Of a DNA stretch of 64,000 bases, positions 17,259 through 28,800 are shown piece after piece. The stretch covers positions 5,952,001-6,016,000 of the forward strand of contig OZ241986.1 of assembly GCA_965204375.1 (NCBI GenBank), read 5' to 3'. The notes beneath the pieces were generated by a model. That model did no database searches and was not told the DNA's origin. It saw only the letters and a program-made list of their open reading frames with translations. The DNA is from Candidatus Latescibacterota bacterium (lineage in GTDB: Bacteria; Latescibacterota; UBA2968). Numbering within the stretch: position 1 is the stretch's first letter; the number at the start of each line of letters is the position of its first letter. Made by a program: the position numbers and the translations under genes.

Positions 17259-19433
17259 ATGAAACGCGACGCGAAAAAAATAGTAATACCAGGTTTAAAG
17301 GGCGAGGTGTGTATTCGGCGGATGGCACATGGGTTTCCTCATATCTCGGCGCGGGATGAAGGGGATCGGTATTACGGTCTGGGTTATGCACATGGTCGAG
17401 ATCGGCAGATGCATATGTGGTTGCTCAAGCTCATTGGACGCGGGAATGCGTCGGCATATTTGAAAGCGGATGAGAATTTGATTGAGGCAGATCGGTTTAT
17501 GCGCTGGCTCAATATAGCGGGTGATGCGGATCGGGAAGCACGACATTTGTCATCTGATGTGCAAGCGGTTCTGGATGCGTATTGCAAGGGGGTGAATCAG
17601 GCGGTTCGCGCAACGGGAACACCTTTTGAGTTTAAGCTGATGGGATATCGACCGGATGATTGGACGCCAGCAGATGCACTGCTGATGGTCAAGTTGATCG
17701 GGTTTGTGGGGCTTTCGCAAATGCAGGGCGATATGGAGAAGTTGATTGTTCAGTTGATTCAAAAGGGTCTGGATGCGGAGCGGTTGAAGGAACTTTTTCC
17801 GGCGATTCGAGATGATGTATCAGAAGAGTACATCGATCTAATAAAGAAGGTGCGTCTGGTGCGTCCGATGGTTCCAGCATCTGTTGTGTGGCGCGATTTG
17901 TTGCCCGATTTTTCCGCGAGCAATAATTGGGCTGTGCGTCCGTCAAAGACGGCATCTGGATGGGCGATGTTGTGTGGGGATCCGCATCTGCAATTGCAAT
18001 TGTCTTCGGTGTGGTATCTGGCGGTTTTGTCTGGCGATCAGGACTATTTGATGGGTGCGACTCTGCCGGGATTGCCGGTTGTGGCTATGGGACGATCACC
18101 CCACTTGTCGTGGGCAGCGACCTATGGTACTGCCGATGTGTGTGATTATTTTGTGGAGGAGGTGAGGGATGGGAAGTACAGGTGTGGGGATAAATGGATG
18201 CCTCTGCGCGTTCGGGAAGAGGTTATCCGGGCGAAAAAACGGGATCCGATAGGGGTGCACGTTTGCGAAACGGATCGCGGTTTGTTGGAGGGTGAAGTCA
18301 ATGAGGATGGGTTTTACCTGTGTTATGCGTGGACGGGTAAGCAGCAAAAAGGGACGGGTGCGGATTCGCTGGATTGTGTTTTGCGGATTACGAGATCAAA
18401 AGGCGTTGAAGAGGCGCGGGATTATTTTGAGGGGTTGACGTTTGGTCCGTTTAATTGGGTGTTCGCAGATCGGGCGGGGAATATTGGCTATCAACTCGGG
18501 GGGCTGGTGCCCAAACAACCCGAAGGCTCATCGGGTTTGCTTCCGTATTTGGGTTGGGATGAGAGACAGAATTGGGATGGGATGGTCGATCCAAAATTGT
18601 ATCCGCGCGCGGTCAATCCCGAATGTGATTTTATTGTGACGGCAAACCAGGATCTCAATTTTATGGGGCAGACTGAGCCGATGAAATTGTCGATTTCGTC
18701 TTATCGCGCGGATCGAATTTGCGAGATGTTGCGGGAAAGGGATGACTTAACAGTAGAAGATATGAAGCGGATTCACTACGATGTTTACGCAATTCAGGCC
18801 AGGGAGTTTATGGCGGTTATACGCCCGTTATTACCCGAATCGGAAAATGGGGAGATATTGCGGGATTGGGATTTGTGTTATGGTGCGGATTCTCTGGGGG
18901 CGACGCTTTTTGAGCGCGTTTATCGCGAACTCGTTTTGCTCGTTTTTGGGGATTGTGGTTTGGGGCGCGAGATGATAGTTCATCTGCTGGATGGTACGAC
19001 GCTGTTCAGTGTTCTGCATGGATATTTTGATCGCATTCTTTTGAGCGAGGCGTCGGTTTGGTTTGGAGATCAGTCGCGGGAAGACCTGTATCGAACGGCG
19101 ATTGAGCGCGGGTTGAGGGAAAAAGCCGTGCCGCACGGCGAGGTGAGTAGGGTTTATATTGAGCATCTGTTTTTTAGGGGGAAGTTGCCGCGGTTTTTGG
19201 GTTTTGATTATTCGCTTGCAAATACTGGGAGTCGGTCAACAGTTTCTCAGGCTGGCTTGTTCAAAGGCGGCGCGCTTGCACCTACTTTTCGAATGATTTG
19301 CGATTTTGGAGAGGATGTGTTGCACGCAAATGTTGCAGGGGGGGCTTCTGATCGCCGTTTTTCCAAGTTCTATACGTCGGGATTGGTTGCGTGGGAGCGG
19401 GGGGATTACGAGGTTTTAGATCCCGGGAGCTGA
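17259..19433 (+). CDS. Penicillin acylase family Ntn hydrolase
   Basis: GFPHI, YGLGYAHGRDR, catalytic ASNNW, DPHL, TANQ. Confidence 0.9.
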   Translation: MKRDAKKIVIPGLKGEVCIRRMAHGFPHISARDEGDRYYGLGYAHGRDRQMHMWLLKLIGRGNASAYLKADENLIEADRFMRWLNIAGDADREARHLSSDVQAVLDAYCKGVNQAVRATGTPFEFKLMGYRPDDWTPADALLMVKLIGFVGLSQMQGDMEKLIVQLIQKGLDAERLKELFPAIRDDVSEEYIDLIKKVRLVRPMVPASVVWRDLLPDFSASNNWAVRPSKTASGWAMLCGDPHLQLQLSSVWYLAVLSGDQDYLMGATLPGLPVVAMGRSPHLSWAATYGTADVCDYFVEEVRDGKYRCGDKWMPLRVREEVIRAKKRDPIGVHVCETDRGLLEGEVNEDGFYLCYAWTGKQQKGTGADSLDCVLRITRSKGVEEARDYFEGLTFGPFNWVFADRAGNIGYQLGGLVPKQPEGSSGLLPYLGWDERQNWDGMVDPKLYPRAVNPECDFIVTANQDLNFMGQTEPMKLSISSYRADRICEMLRERDDLTVEDMKRIHYDVYAIQAREFMAVIRPLLPESENGEILRDWDLCYGADSLGATLFERVYRELVLLVFGDCGLGREMIVHLLDGTTLFSVLHGYFDRILLSEASVWFGDQSREDLYRTAIERGLREKAVPHGEVSRVYIEHLFFRGKLPRFLGFDYSLANTGSRSTVSQAGLFKGGALAPTFRMICDFGEDVLHANVAGGASDRRFSKFYTSGLVAWERGDYEVLDPGS

Positions 19434-19435
19434 TT

Positions 19436-20812
19436 CTAACCTCTGGCCGCTCTGTTAATGCCTTTGATTTTTTGATTTGCTTTGGCGCGCTGGTCAATTT
19501 CTTCGGGGGTGACGATGTTGTGGAGGTCGGCGCGAAGGTCGGAGAGGATGTCGGCACAGGTGGGGTCGTCGGCGCAATTCTCGGTTTCATCGGGGTCGTT
19601 GGCGACGTTGAATAATTGGTCGGGGAGACCGACGTAGTGGATGTATTTCCAGTCGCCTTTTTTGATCATGAAGCCGCCGTTTAGCGTGCCCTGGGCGTGG
19701 TATTCGCTGAAGATGGGGCGGTCGGGGAAGGAATGACCGTGGATGGCGGGGAGGAGGCTGCTGCCGGGCAATGGCGCGGGGTCCTGTTCGGCGAGGTCCA
19801 GAAGGGTGGGGAGGATGTCGATGAGGTTGGCTCCTGCGGCGATGCGCTGGTTGCCCTCGGCGTTTGGGTGGCGAATGATCATGGGGACGCGTACAGAGTG
19901 TTCGTAAAAGCATTGTTTTTGCCATATACCGTGGTGTCCACCCATTTCGCCGTGGTCGCTGACGTAGATGACGACGGTGTTGTCGCGCAAGGGGGAGTTA
20001 TCGACTATGTCGAGCAGGCGACCGATGAGGTCGTCCGTGAAAGAGATGAGGCCGTAGTAAGCAGCGGTTGCCGTGGTGGAGATGGCGTCGGGCAAGGGTT
20101 CTTCGTTGCGTAGCCAGTGGCGGAGTTGCTGGATGGAAGGGTGCTGGGTGTCGCAGGGTTCGGTTCTCGTTTGTGGCAAGATGACGCGGTCGGGATAGTA
20201 GCGGTCGAAGTATTCCCGCGGGCACAGGAGCGGAAAGTGGGGGTTCATGAAGCCGGTGTAGAGGAAGAAGGGACGGTCGGCGTATTGCGCGCGGGATTTG
20301 AGGAAGCGTTCGGAGAGGTCAGTAGCTGTGCTGTCGTAGTCGTTTTGCCAGTTTTCCCCGGGGCCGCATTCGGTGACGTGGCTGTTGCTGCCGCGCCGGT
20401 TGTCGGGTGTGCGCGAGGGGGCACTCATACTCCAGTGTTTCCATTTTTCGGCGTCGTCCATGAGGCGCACGCCAAAGCCGTGCAGGCGTTCGGGGCCTAT
20501 GAAGTGGGTGCGGCCGCAGACCGCGGTTTCATAGCCAGCGGCTTCGAGATAGCTGCCCATTGTGGGGATTGTTCCCGCGAGGGGTGATCCGTTATCATAG
20601 GTGCCGATCTGGTGGACGTATTGTCCGGTCATAAAGGACATGCGTGCCGGTACGCATATCGGGCAGGCGGTATAGGCGTTGTCAAAGGTGGTGCCTTCGG
20701 ATGCGAGGCGATCCAGGTGTGGCGTTTCGATATGGGGGTGACCGTAACAGCCGGTGACTGCGGGGTCGTGTTCGTCGCTCATGATGAGCAGGATGTTGGG
20801 GCGCTGGTTCAT
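19436..20812 (-). CDS. Sulfatase (choline-sulfatase-like)
   Basis: RPNILLIMSDEH, CVPAR, SDHGEM. Confidence 0.9.
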   Translation of the reverse strand: MNQRPNILLIMSDEHDPAVTGCYGHPHIETPHLDRLASEGTTFDNAYTACPICVPARMSFMTGQYVHQIGTYDNGSPLAGTIPTMGSYLEAAGYETAVCGRTHFIGPERLHGFGVRLMDDAEKWKHWSMSAPSRTPDNRRGSNSHVTECGPGENWQNDYDSTATDLSERFLKSRAQYADRPFFLYTGFMNPHFPLLCPREYFDRYYPDRVILPQTRTEPCDTQHPSIQQLRHWLRNEEPLPDAISTTATAAYYGLISFTDDLIGRLLDIVDNSPLRDNTVVIYVSDHGEMGGHHGIWQKQCFYEHSVRVPMIIRHPNAEGNQRIAAGANLIDILPTLLDLAEQDPAPLPGSSLLPAIHGHSFPDRPIFSEYHAQGTLNGGFMIKKGDWKYIHYVGLPDQLFNVANDPDETENCADDPTCADILSDLRADLHNIVTPEEIDQRAKANQKIKGINRAARG

Positions 20813-20813
20813 G

Positions 20814-22244
20814 CTAATATCTTCCTATGCGTTTGGGACCGGGGTCGGCGCATATCACGGTGTGGTCAAAGTTTTGTTTGATGAGCTGGTATTTCAAATC
20901 TGTGTGGGATGGGTCTTCCCAGAGGTTGTGAAATTCATCGGGGTCTTCCCATAGATCGTAGAATTCGCCATAGTTTTCGTTGTGATAGACGACGAGTTTG
21001 TAGCGGTTGTTGCGCAACATGGTCGCCCAACAGGGTTTGTGTTTTTCAGAGGCGTGTGGGGCGAATTTATCGACGACGTCGTAGTATTCACAGCGGACAA
21101 ATTCGTGGTGCGCGTGCCCGGGATCTTCGCCCGTGAGAATGGGGATGAGGGATTTGCCGTGTGTCCATTCGAGAGAGATGCCGGCGAGGTCGGCAAGGGT
21201 GGGTGCTATGTCTAAGAGCGCGGTGAGGCCATCTGCGCGGTGGCCCTGGAGAAAGGTACCGGGCCACGAGATGATGAGAGGAACCCGCACGAGGGCTTCG
21301 TAGAAGCGGCAGCCTTTGCCGGTGAGGCCGTGATCGCCGAGCATTTCGCCGTGGTCGCTCGTGAAGATGACGACGGTATTTTCGCGTTGACCCGTGCGCT
21401 CGAGTGCATCGAGCATGCGACCGACGTTTTCGTCGATGAGGGCGATCATGCCGTAGTATGACGCTTTGTTGTGCTGTTCGCGGTCGCCGGGTGGGTTGCC
21501 TTCCTTGTCAGCAAAAAAGCGTTTGAGTCGCGTTTGTGTTTGCAGGTCGTTTTCGCAAAATAGCGGCGGTGGCAGGTCAGCGGGATTGTATTTGTGTGTG
21601 TCGGGGGCGTCAAAAGGTCCGTGCGGGTCAAAGGGGTTGACGCTCATGAGCCAGGGGCCGTCGTGGGGGGATTCGATAAATTCAATGGCGCGGTCCGCAC
21701 ACCAGGTGGTCTGGTGGTGTTGGGGATTCATGTCGGGACGATAGTTGCCGTATGTGCCGTCTTTTTTTGTTTGAAAGACGTCGCCGAGGTCTATGCCCTG
21801 TTCGGTGATCCAGTCGGTGTACTGGTTGCCAATTCCGATGCCTTGATTGTGTGAGTGGCTATACCAGAATTTGCGATATCCATCGTCAACGCGTTGTTCT
21901 TCGCCGTTCCAGGCAGAGGCGAGGTGGAGTTTGCCCGATAAGCCGCAATCGTATCCGACATCTGCGAGACGTTTGGTGATGAGTTGCACGCGTTCATTTG
22001 TCGGGAAATAGGCATTGCCATTGCGATTGCCGTGTACGGTGCTGGGATAAAGCCCGGTGAGAAAGCTGGAGCGACTGGGCGTGCATATCGCGCTCTGGCA
22101 GTGGGCATGTGTGAATGCGACGCCCTCGGCGCAGAGGCGGTCGAGGTTGGGTGTCTGGATGTGTTCATTGCCGAGGGCGTGGATGGTGTCGTAGCGTTGT
22201 TGATCGGTGCAGATCCAGAGGATGTTGGGGCGTTTTGATGTCAA
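20814..22244 (-). CDS. Sulfatase
   Basis: RPNILWICTDQQR, CTPSR, GKLH, SDHGEM; TTG start 22244 after GAGGAG. Confidence 0.9.
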   Translation of the reverse strand: MTSKRPNILWICTDQQRYDTIHALGNEHIQTPNLDRLCAEGVAFTHAHCQSAICTPSRSSFLTGLYPSTVHGNRNGNAYFPTNERVQLITKRLADVGYDCGLSGKLHLASAWNGEEQRVDDGYRKFWYSHSHNQGIGIGNQYTDWITEQGIDLGDVFQTKKDGTYGNYRPDMNPQHHQTTWCADRAIEFIESPHDGPWLMSVNPFDPHGPFDAPDTHKYNPADLPPPLFCENDLQTQTRLKRFFADKEGNPPGDREQHNKASYYGMIALIDENVGRMLDALERTGQRENTVVIFTSDHGEMLGDHGLTGKGCRFYEALVRVPLIISWPGTFLQGHRADGLTALLDIAPTLADLAGISLEWTHGKSLIPILTGEDPGHAHHEFVRCEYYDVVDKFAPHASEKHKPCWATMLRNNRYKLVVYHNENYGEFYDLWEDPDEFHNLWEDPSHTDLKYQLIKQNFDHTVICADPGPKRIGRY

Positions 22245-22255
22245 TGGTGGTCTCC

Positions 22256-23677
22256 TCAATCGCGCGCGCCTCTGATAACGCGGCCATTTTCGATCCAGTG
22301 ATCGCGGTAAAAGGTAATGGGTTCAAAGGTGTCGTTTAATGCGTCCATGCGCGCCCGAATCTGGTCGCGGTAATGCTGGATTGTTCTGGCATGGTCAGGG
22401 TGGCTGGCGAGATTGTGCAATTGCAGAGGGTCTTCGCGGTGATTGTAGAGGGATTCTCCATGTTTTTCAATGGCATAGGTATATTGTTTGTCGCGCAAAG
22501 CGCGCCATTCAAAGCCATCGTCCCAATCGACACTGGGACCCATGCCCTGCAAAAATGCAGCTTCGGGTTCTTTTCCCGGCTGACCAAATGCGCAATGCGA
22601 AAGGTCAAATCCATCGATACCATCGGGGATATCGACGTCTATAAGTGAGAGTAGCGTGGGCATGATATCGGGCGTGTTGAGGCAGGCATCGCTTTCAGAG
22701 TTGGGTGCGATGCGGTTGGGCCAGCGCATGAGAAAGGGGACGCGAGCAGCTTCTTCATAGTAGATGTTTTTCTGAACGCGACCGTGTGCGCCAAACATTT
22801 CGCCGTGGTCTGATGTGAAGACGACAAGGGTGTCGTGCGCGAGGTTGAATCTGTCTATCGCGTCTAATATTCGGCCCACGTTCCAGTCGAGGTTGGCAGT
22901 CATAGCGGCATAGATTCGCTGCCATTCAACGAGGTTGGGTTTGACGGATTTCATCCACCAATCGCGGTCGAACCATGCGTGCCAGTATTCTCCTGATCCG
23001 TCCCGGTAATTTGGCGGCAGGTCAAAGGCCATGTCTTTGAAGTGCATACCCCATTCTTCGGGGATGTTGTCCCAGTTCCAGGGCTGATGAGGTGTGCCAT
23101 AAGAGACGAAGAGGGCGAAAGGTTCTGGATTTTCGCTCGCGTTTTCGAGATAGGAGATGGCGAGGTCGGTCATGGCATCGGGTTCATAGGCCTGGATGTC
23201 GATGCGTTCAAATTTGTCTTCGTAATAAAATCCCTTGTAATAGCTGTGGTTGAAGTTGTAGGCTGCCCAATAGTGGTCAAATCCCAGTCGGTGCGGGCCT
23301 GGGGGCACGAATTGATTGGCGGGATTCTTGTGAAAATCTCCGGCCTGTTTATAGACCTTGCCTTCGGTTGCGTAAATGTGCCATTTGCCGATGTAGGCAC
23401 AGTTTATGCCGTTCCGCGTCAATGTGCCGGCAAGCGTTGGCAGGTCGGTGCGGGCGCTCAATTCGTTCATGACGTAGCCATTGGTGGTGGGATAACAGCC
23501 CGTAAAGAGGGATGCACGATGCGGGCTGCACACGGGATAGACCGAGGTGGCATTGACAAAGTTGATGCCTTCAGATGATAGGCGGTCGATATTGGGGGTG
23601 CGGGCGCGGTTGTCGCCCATATAGCCACAGGATTGCGGGCGGAGTTGATCGGCGAAGATGTAGAGAAGGTTAGGCAC
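22256..23677 (-). CDS. Sulfatase
   Basis: PNLLYIFADQLR, CSPHR, GKWH, SDHGEM. Confidence 0.9.
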   Translation of the reverse strand: MPNLLYIFADQLRPQSCGYMGDNRARTPNIDRLSSEGINFVNATSVYPVCSPHRASLFTGCYPTTNGYVMNELSARTDLPTLAGTLTRNGINCAYIGKWHIYATEGKVYKQAGDFHKNPANQFVPPGPHRLGFDHYWAAYNFNHSYYKGFYYEDKFERIDIQAYEPDAMTDLAISYLENASENPEPFALFVSYGTPHQPWNWDNIPEEWGMHFKDMAFDLPPNYRDGSGEYWHAWFDRDWWMKSVKPNLVEWQRIYAAMTANLDWNVGRILDAIDRFNLAHDTLVVFTSDHGEMFGAHGRVQKNIYYEEAARVPFLMRWPNRIAPNSESDACLNTPDIMPTLLSLIDVDIPDGIDGFDLSHCAFGQPGKEPEAAFLQGMGPSVDWDDGFEWRALRDKQYTYAIEKHGESLYNHREDPLQLHNLASHPDHARTIQHYRDQIRARMDALNDTFEPITFYRDHWIENGRVIRGARD

Positions 23678-23680
23678 AGA

Positions 23681-24517
23681 TTACGCGCTTTCGTGTTCTG
23701 CTCGCATTGCGTTAAAGAAGCGCACATCAATGCGCGCCAGGTCAATTACGGTTTCTACTGGCTCGCCGCTGTATTCGCTGTGGAAACTTACGGGACCTTC
23801 AAAGTTTAATCGATCCAGTGTTTTTACGACTGCGGGCCAATCGCCAAACCCCTGTCCCAGTCGCATTGTCCCACCAGAGGGTGTACCCTGTACAGTTCGT
23901 CCCAGAGGTCGCTGGCGAATGAGGTCTTTAAATGCCAGGACTGAGAGGTACTCGCGCACGATATCCAATGCCATTTCTATGGGTTCGCCGCATATCGACA
24001 GGTGTCCTGGGTCGGAAAATACGCCGATGTGTTCGGGGTTGAATCCCCTGACCACGTTCATGACGGCACACGAATTTAATCCCATTGATTTGCCCGAATG
24101 GTTGTGTACTACGGTTTTTACGCCGTATTTTTTCGATAATTTCTCAAAGTCTTCCATCCAGCCCCGGATTTCATCCAGTTGATCCCAATAGTGTTTGGCA
24201 TCCGACCAGTGCCAGTAGCCCAGTTTTACATGCGCCACGCCGGCTTCGCCCAGCGCGCCGTAATAACGCTCGGCGTAATCGATGTCCGGGCGACTAAAAT
24301 CGCCGGGGGCTGTTACGAGTGGAATGCACAGGCCCGCGGCTTCAAACTGTTTGGCGGCTTTGGGCAGTGCTTTGTCGATATTGTCAGGATTTACCGGATA
24401 TCCCTCTCGCACACACAAATCCGCACCCTGCACGCCCACGGATTGGAGGGATTCGATGATTTCGGGGATGTCCATACCTTCGAGGTGTTTTGTGAACATG
24501 ATGTACGTGAGCTTCAT
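23681..24517 (-). CDS. Sugar phosphate isomerase/epimerase (xylose isomerase-like TIM barrel)
   Basis: HNHSG, DPGH, FKD, HSEY metal-ligand pattern; ATG 24517 after AAAGGA. Confidence 0.8.
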   Translation of the reverse strand: MKLTYIMFTKHLEGMDIPEIIESLQSVGVQGADLCVREGYPVNPDNIDKALPKAAKQFEAAGLCIPLVTAPGDFSRPDIDYAERYYGALGEAGVAHVKLGYWHWSDAKHYWDQLDEIRGWMEDFEKLSKKYGVKTVVHNHSGKSMGLNSCAVMNVVRGFNPEHIGVFSDPGHLSICGEPIEMALDIVREYLSVLAFKDLIRQRPLGRTVQGTPSGGTMRLGQGFGDWPAVVKTLDRLNFEGPVSFHSEYSGEPVETVIDLARIDVRFFNAMRAEHESA

Positions 24518-24611
24518 TTTTTTTCCTTTCTCTGGTGTCGTTTGTATTTGTGAGCACTTCAGGATACGCAATTGTGTGTCGAAAATCAATGATGAGTTGA
24601 AAGCGCAAATC

Positions 24612-24666
24612 TTGACATGCTGTGAAAAATGTATATATTGTCGTCAAATTGTTGTGAAAAATGACG
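24612..24666 (+). promoter_or_regulatory. Promoter/operator of the AAA gene
   Basis: TTGACA-N16-TATATT; TGTGAAAAATG repeated at 24621 and 24653; CGTCA…TGACG dyad. Confidence 0.5.
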
Positions 24667-24679
24667 GCAAGGTAGTCAA

Positions 24680-25831
24680 ATGACAATTCCACGTATTTTT
24701 GAAGCACCCAAAAAAAGCTTTTTTCTTTTGGGTCCGCGCGGCGTTGGAAAAAGTACGTATTTGCGAATCGCTTTTCCCAATGCTCACGTCATCAATTTGC
24801 TCGCCGAAGATATTTACCAGCGTCTGCTTGCAAATCCGGGCCTCCTGTCTGCAGAACTTCGGGCTGTGTCTGGCGACCGCTGGGTGGTTTTGGACGAAAT
24901 ACAGAGGTTGCCAGCGTTGCTCAATGAAGTACACCGTTTTATTGAGGAAAAGGGGCTGCACTTTGTGTTAGGCGGATCGAGTGCGAGAAAACTCAAACGG
25001 GCAGGTGTTAATCTGCTTGCTGGTCGTGCCCTGTATCGCGCAATGCATCCCTTTATTCCCGAAGAATTGGGGGAACAATTCGCACTCGACGATGCTTTGC
25101 AACACGGTTTGCTACCCATTGTATGGGATTCAGAGGACAGAGCAGAGACGCTGACTGCCTATACGCAAATGTATCTCAAAGAAGAGATTCAAGCTGAGGC
25201 TCTGGTGCGCAACCTTCCGGGATTCGCGCGTTTTCTGCCGATTGCAGCGCTTTTTCACGGGCAAACCCTGAATGTGGCCAATATTGCCAGAGATGCCCAG
25301 GTTGCACGCACGACTGTGATGGGTTATCTGGATATTCTGGAGGAAACGCTTCTCTGCTTTCAACTTCCGGCTTATGAAACCAGATTGCGCGTGCGCGAAC
25401 GCAAATTGCCCAAATGGTACTGGTGTGATCCCGGTATTGTGCGTGCTATGAAAAAGGTCACGACGTCCCCAACGCCTGAGGAACGCGGTGCTCTGTTCGA
25501 AGGGCTGATTGCACAGTTGATTCGATCCTACAAAGACTATCGCAATTTGTGTGACGAATACTTCTACTGGGCAACAGCTGCACAGACTCAAACAGAAGTC
25601 GATTTCCTGCTCAAACGCGCGGAAGAATTTGTCGCAATTGAGGTCAAGTCTGGTGGCACATTTTCAGAAGCTTGGTGCAAGGGATTGAGAGCGTTGTCCG
25701 GCCTGAAGGGTTTGTGCAGACGCATTGTCGTCTATCCCGAAGGACCTGAATTACAAACTGCAGACGGTATTGAGATTCTTCCATTTTCACAGTTCTCCAA
25801 CCTGCTGGCCGCCGATGCGCTGTGGCCCTGA
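24680..25831 (+). CDS. AAA_14 ATPase with C-terminal DUF4143 (PD-(D/E)xK-like) domain
   Basis: GPRGVGKS, LDEIQ, GSS, LAGRA, K.YWCDPG, GALFE, EVDFLL…IEVKS. Confidence 0.88.
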   Translation: MTIPRIFEAPKKSFFLLGPRGVGKSTYLRIAFPNAHVINLLAEDIYQRLLANPGLLSAELRAVSGDRWVVLDEIQRLPALLNEVHRFIEEKGLHFVLGGSSARKLKRAGVNLLAGRALYRAMHPFIPEELGEQFALDDALQHGLLPIVWDSEDRAETLTAYTQMYLKEEIQAEALVRNLPGFARFLPIAALFHGQTLNVANIARDAQVARTTVMGYLDILEETLLCFQLPAYETRLRVRERKLPKWYWCDPGIVRAMKKVTTSPTPEERGALFEGLIAQLIRSYKDYRNLCDEYFYWATAAQTQTEVDFLLKRAEEFVAIEVKSGGTFSEAWCKGLRALSGLKGLCRRIVVYPEGPELQTADGIEILPFSQFSNLLAADALWP

Positions 25832-25853
25832 TCGCTTAAATGAAAAATAAGCC

Positions 25854-28800
25854 ATGAAGCTCAGTCGCTTTGCCATTTTTAAACCTATCAGCACGATTAT
25901 GATCGCACTTAGTCTCGTGGTGATGGGTTTTATTTCACTGTTCAAGTTGCCGCTTGAATATTTGCCCAGTGTGACGTTTCCGGTCCTTTTTGTGTCTATC
26001 CGGTATCCTTCTTCGTCTCCCGAGGAAATTGAACGGTTTATCACGCGACCAGTTGAAGAGATATTGGGCACTATGCCCGGCATTGAAAATATGGGATCCA
26101 CATCCAATGAGTCTTCTTCGACCATTCGCCTGGAATTTGCAATGGATGCGGATATGGATCTCGTCGGTATTCATTTGCGCGATAGGCTCGATCAGGTTCG
26201 CGCCGACCTGCCCGAAGATGTGGATTATATTGGTATTAAAAGTTTTGATACCGAGGATATTCCTGCTCTCGAATATACTGTTTCGTGGCTCGGTGAAGAT
26301 CCCGAAGATCTCTTCGTGGTTTATAACCAGCGCCTGTTGCCGCGATTGCAGCGGCTCGATGGCGTGGCAAGTGTTGAATTGAGGGGTTTACAGCAAAAGG
26401 ATCTCCTCGTCGAGGTCGATCAGAGGGCTATGACAGCGCACAAATTAGATTTTCGCACGATAAATCGCGCGCTTCGCAGAAATAATATCAATATCTCGGC
26501 GGGTTATGTCACCGATGGCGACAGGCGATTTGCTGTGCGAAGTGTGGGCGAGTTTGAGACCGTTGACCAGATTCGCAATTTGCCCGTTCGCCGAAATCTG
26601 ACGCTGTCCGATGTAGCATCGGTTACTTACGATTATCCCCCCGCTCGTCGATTTGATCGCCTCGATGGCATACCGTCTCTTTATCTTTCTGTGCATAAAT
26701 CTTCAACGGCAAATATGGTCGATGTTTGCAAGCGCGCCCGCGAAGAACTCGCCCGCATCAACGAAGAGGTTGGCAAAGATAAATTTCGAATGCTTCTGGT
26801 GCGAGATCAGTCAACGGATGTTATTGCCAGCATAACCAGCCTCAGTCAATCGGCGATTATGGGCGGTCTCTTAGCCGTTATTGCCATTTTTATTTTTTTA
26901 CGCAACTTCCGCAGTACGCTCATCATTGGCTCCGCCATTCCAATTAGTGCGCTCACGGTGTTTCTCATCATGTATTTTTTGCGGCAATCGGGCACTGATA
27001 TCACCTTGAACTTGATTTCGATGATGGGACTGATGGTCGCTATTGGGATGCTCGTGGATCCCGCTGTTGTGGCTCTGGAGAATATTTTCCGCAAATGTTT
27101 TGATGAGGGTCAGAGTGCAACACAGGCAGCGCTTGAGGGCAGTGAGGAAATTGGTCTTCCGGTTCTGGCTGCTACGCTTACGACGGTGTGTGTATTTGTT
27201 CCGGTCATTTTTGTGACTGATTCGGGCACTTCGCTCTTTATGCGGCAGTTCTCCGTGACAGTTGTCGTGTCTGTTATTGCATCGTTTTGTGTCGCACTTT
27301 CCCTGATTCCGTTGGCAGCATCTCGTGCCTTTAATAAAGGCGGTCAAACGCTTGATCGCGTTCTCAAAAGCATTTTTGTACTCGCAGCAAGTGTCGGGGT
27401 GGGGGCGTATATGTATTATACGGATTTTAGTAAGATTGATTACGCCGGTCTGTGGGACGCATTTGCGAGTACCATCGCTGGCTTGCCTTTATTTGCCAAA
27501 ATTGGTTTTCCCGCAGCAATGGCACTGACGATTTTTTTGTATTTTCGTTACCGCGGCATTGGTGCCAGAGCCTTCTACGCGCGGGTGGTCGCCAATACTC
27601 TGCACTATCGCTGGGCAACGCTGTCCGTTGCGTGCGTTCTTCTCTTTTTGGGCAATCACATCTACGGCAAAATAGAACAAGCCCCCTTCCGCTATCAACC
27701 CACCCGCGCGATCAGGCTGACAGTGGAGATGCCCCGCACGTACGATTTGGAGCAGGCGAGTAATACGTTCAAAATAGCTGAAGATATGCTCATTCCTATG
27801 AAAGAGGAACTCGACATAGAGGCTATTGCGACGAAGTTCAATACGGGTAATCGCCAGGGAAAGAGAAATGCACTTTTGACCATTTATCTCACGTCTGCAG
27901 AAGAGAGTAAGTTGACGACAGACGAAGTTCAGCACAGGGTCATCGCGCTTCTTCCGAAGGATATTCCCGGTGTGCGTTTCAGACCTCGCGGGGGCAAGTC
28001 AGGCGGGACTGCGGGGGTGGGTGTTGAACTCAAAGGACGCAAGCAGGAAATTCTGGAGGTTCTGGCAGAGGATATTGAAATGAGTATGCAGGGGATGCCC
28101 GGCGTTCACGAGATTGAAACCAGCCTGGAGACGGGTATGGAAGAGATTCGCGTGGTTGTAAATCGCGAACGGGCACAGCGGTATGGCATTTCTCCGCGCG
28201 ATATTGCTACGAATATCGCTTCGGCACTCGGGTCGCGCGGGGCTTCTCACTTCAAGACACCCGATGGTGAAATCGATATTACCGTTCAACTCCGCGAAGA
28301 AGATCGCGCTAATCTCGAGCAGCTCAAAACAACGGAGTTTGAAAGCGATAAGGGCGGGATGGTCACTTTCTCGAGTTTGGCGGATTTCAATCTCATACAG
28401 GGACCCAATGCCATTTCCCGCGAAGATCGCATGCCCACGCTAACTGTTTTTGCCAGTACAGAGCAAAAAGCAGTGTTCAGCGTGGGACAGATTATGAAAG
28501 CTCGCATGGAAGATGTGCCTCTGCCTGAGGGATATACGTATCAGATGGACCGCCGCTTCAAGTCTATGGATGCAAAACGAGATCAGGATTTTGAGACGAT
28601 GATTTTCGCGCTGATTCTCATTTATATTATCATGGCTTCGCTCTTTGAATCCTATGTCCATCCGCTTACCATTATGTTCTGCATTTTCTTTGCTTTCATC
28701 GGCGTCGCACTCGGTCTCTACACTTTTAAGATCGCTATGGATAGCAATGCGAAGTACGGCCTTCTGGTGCTTTTTGGCATTGTGGTGAATAATGGTATTG

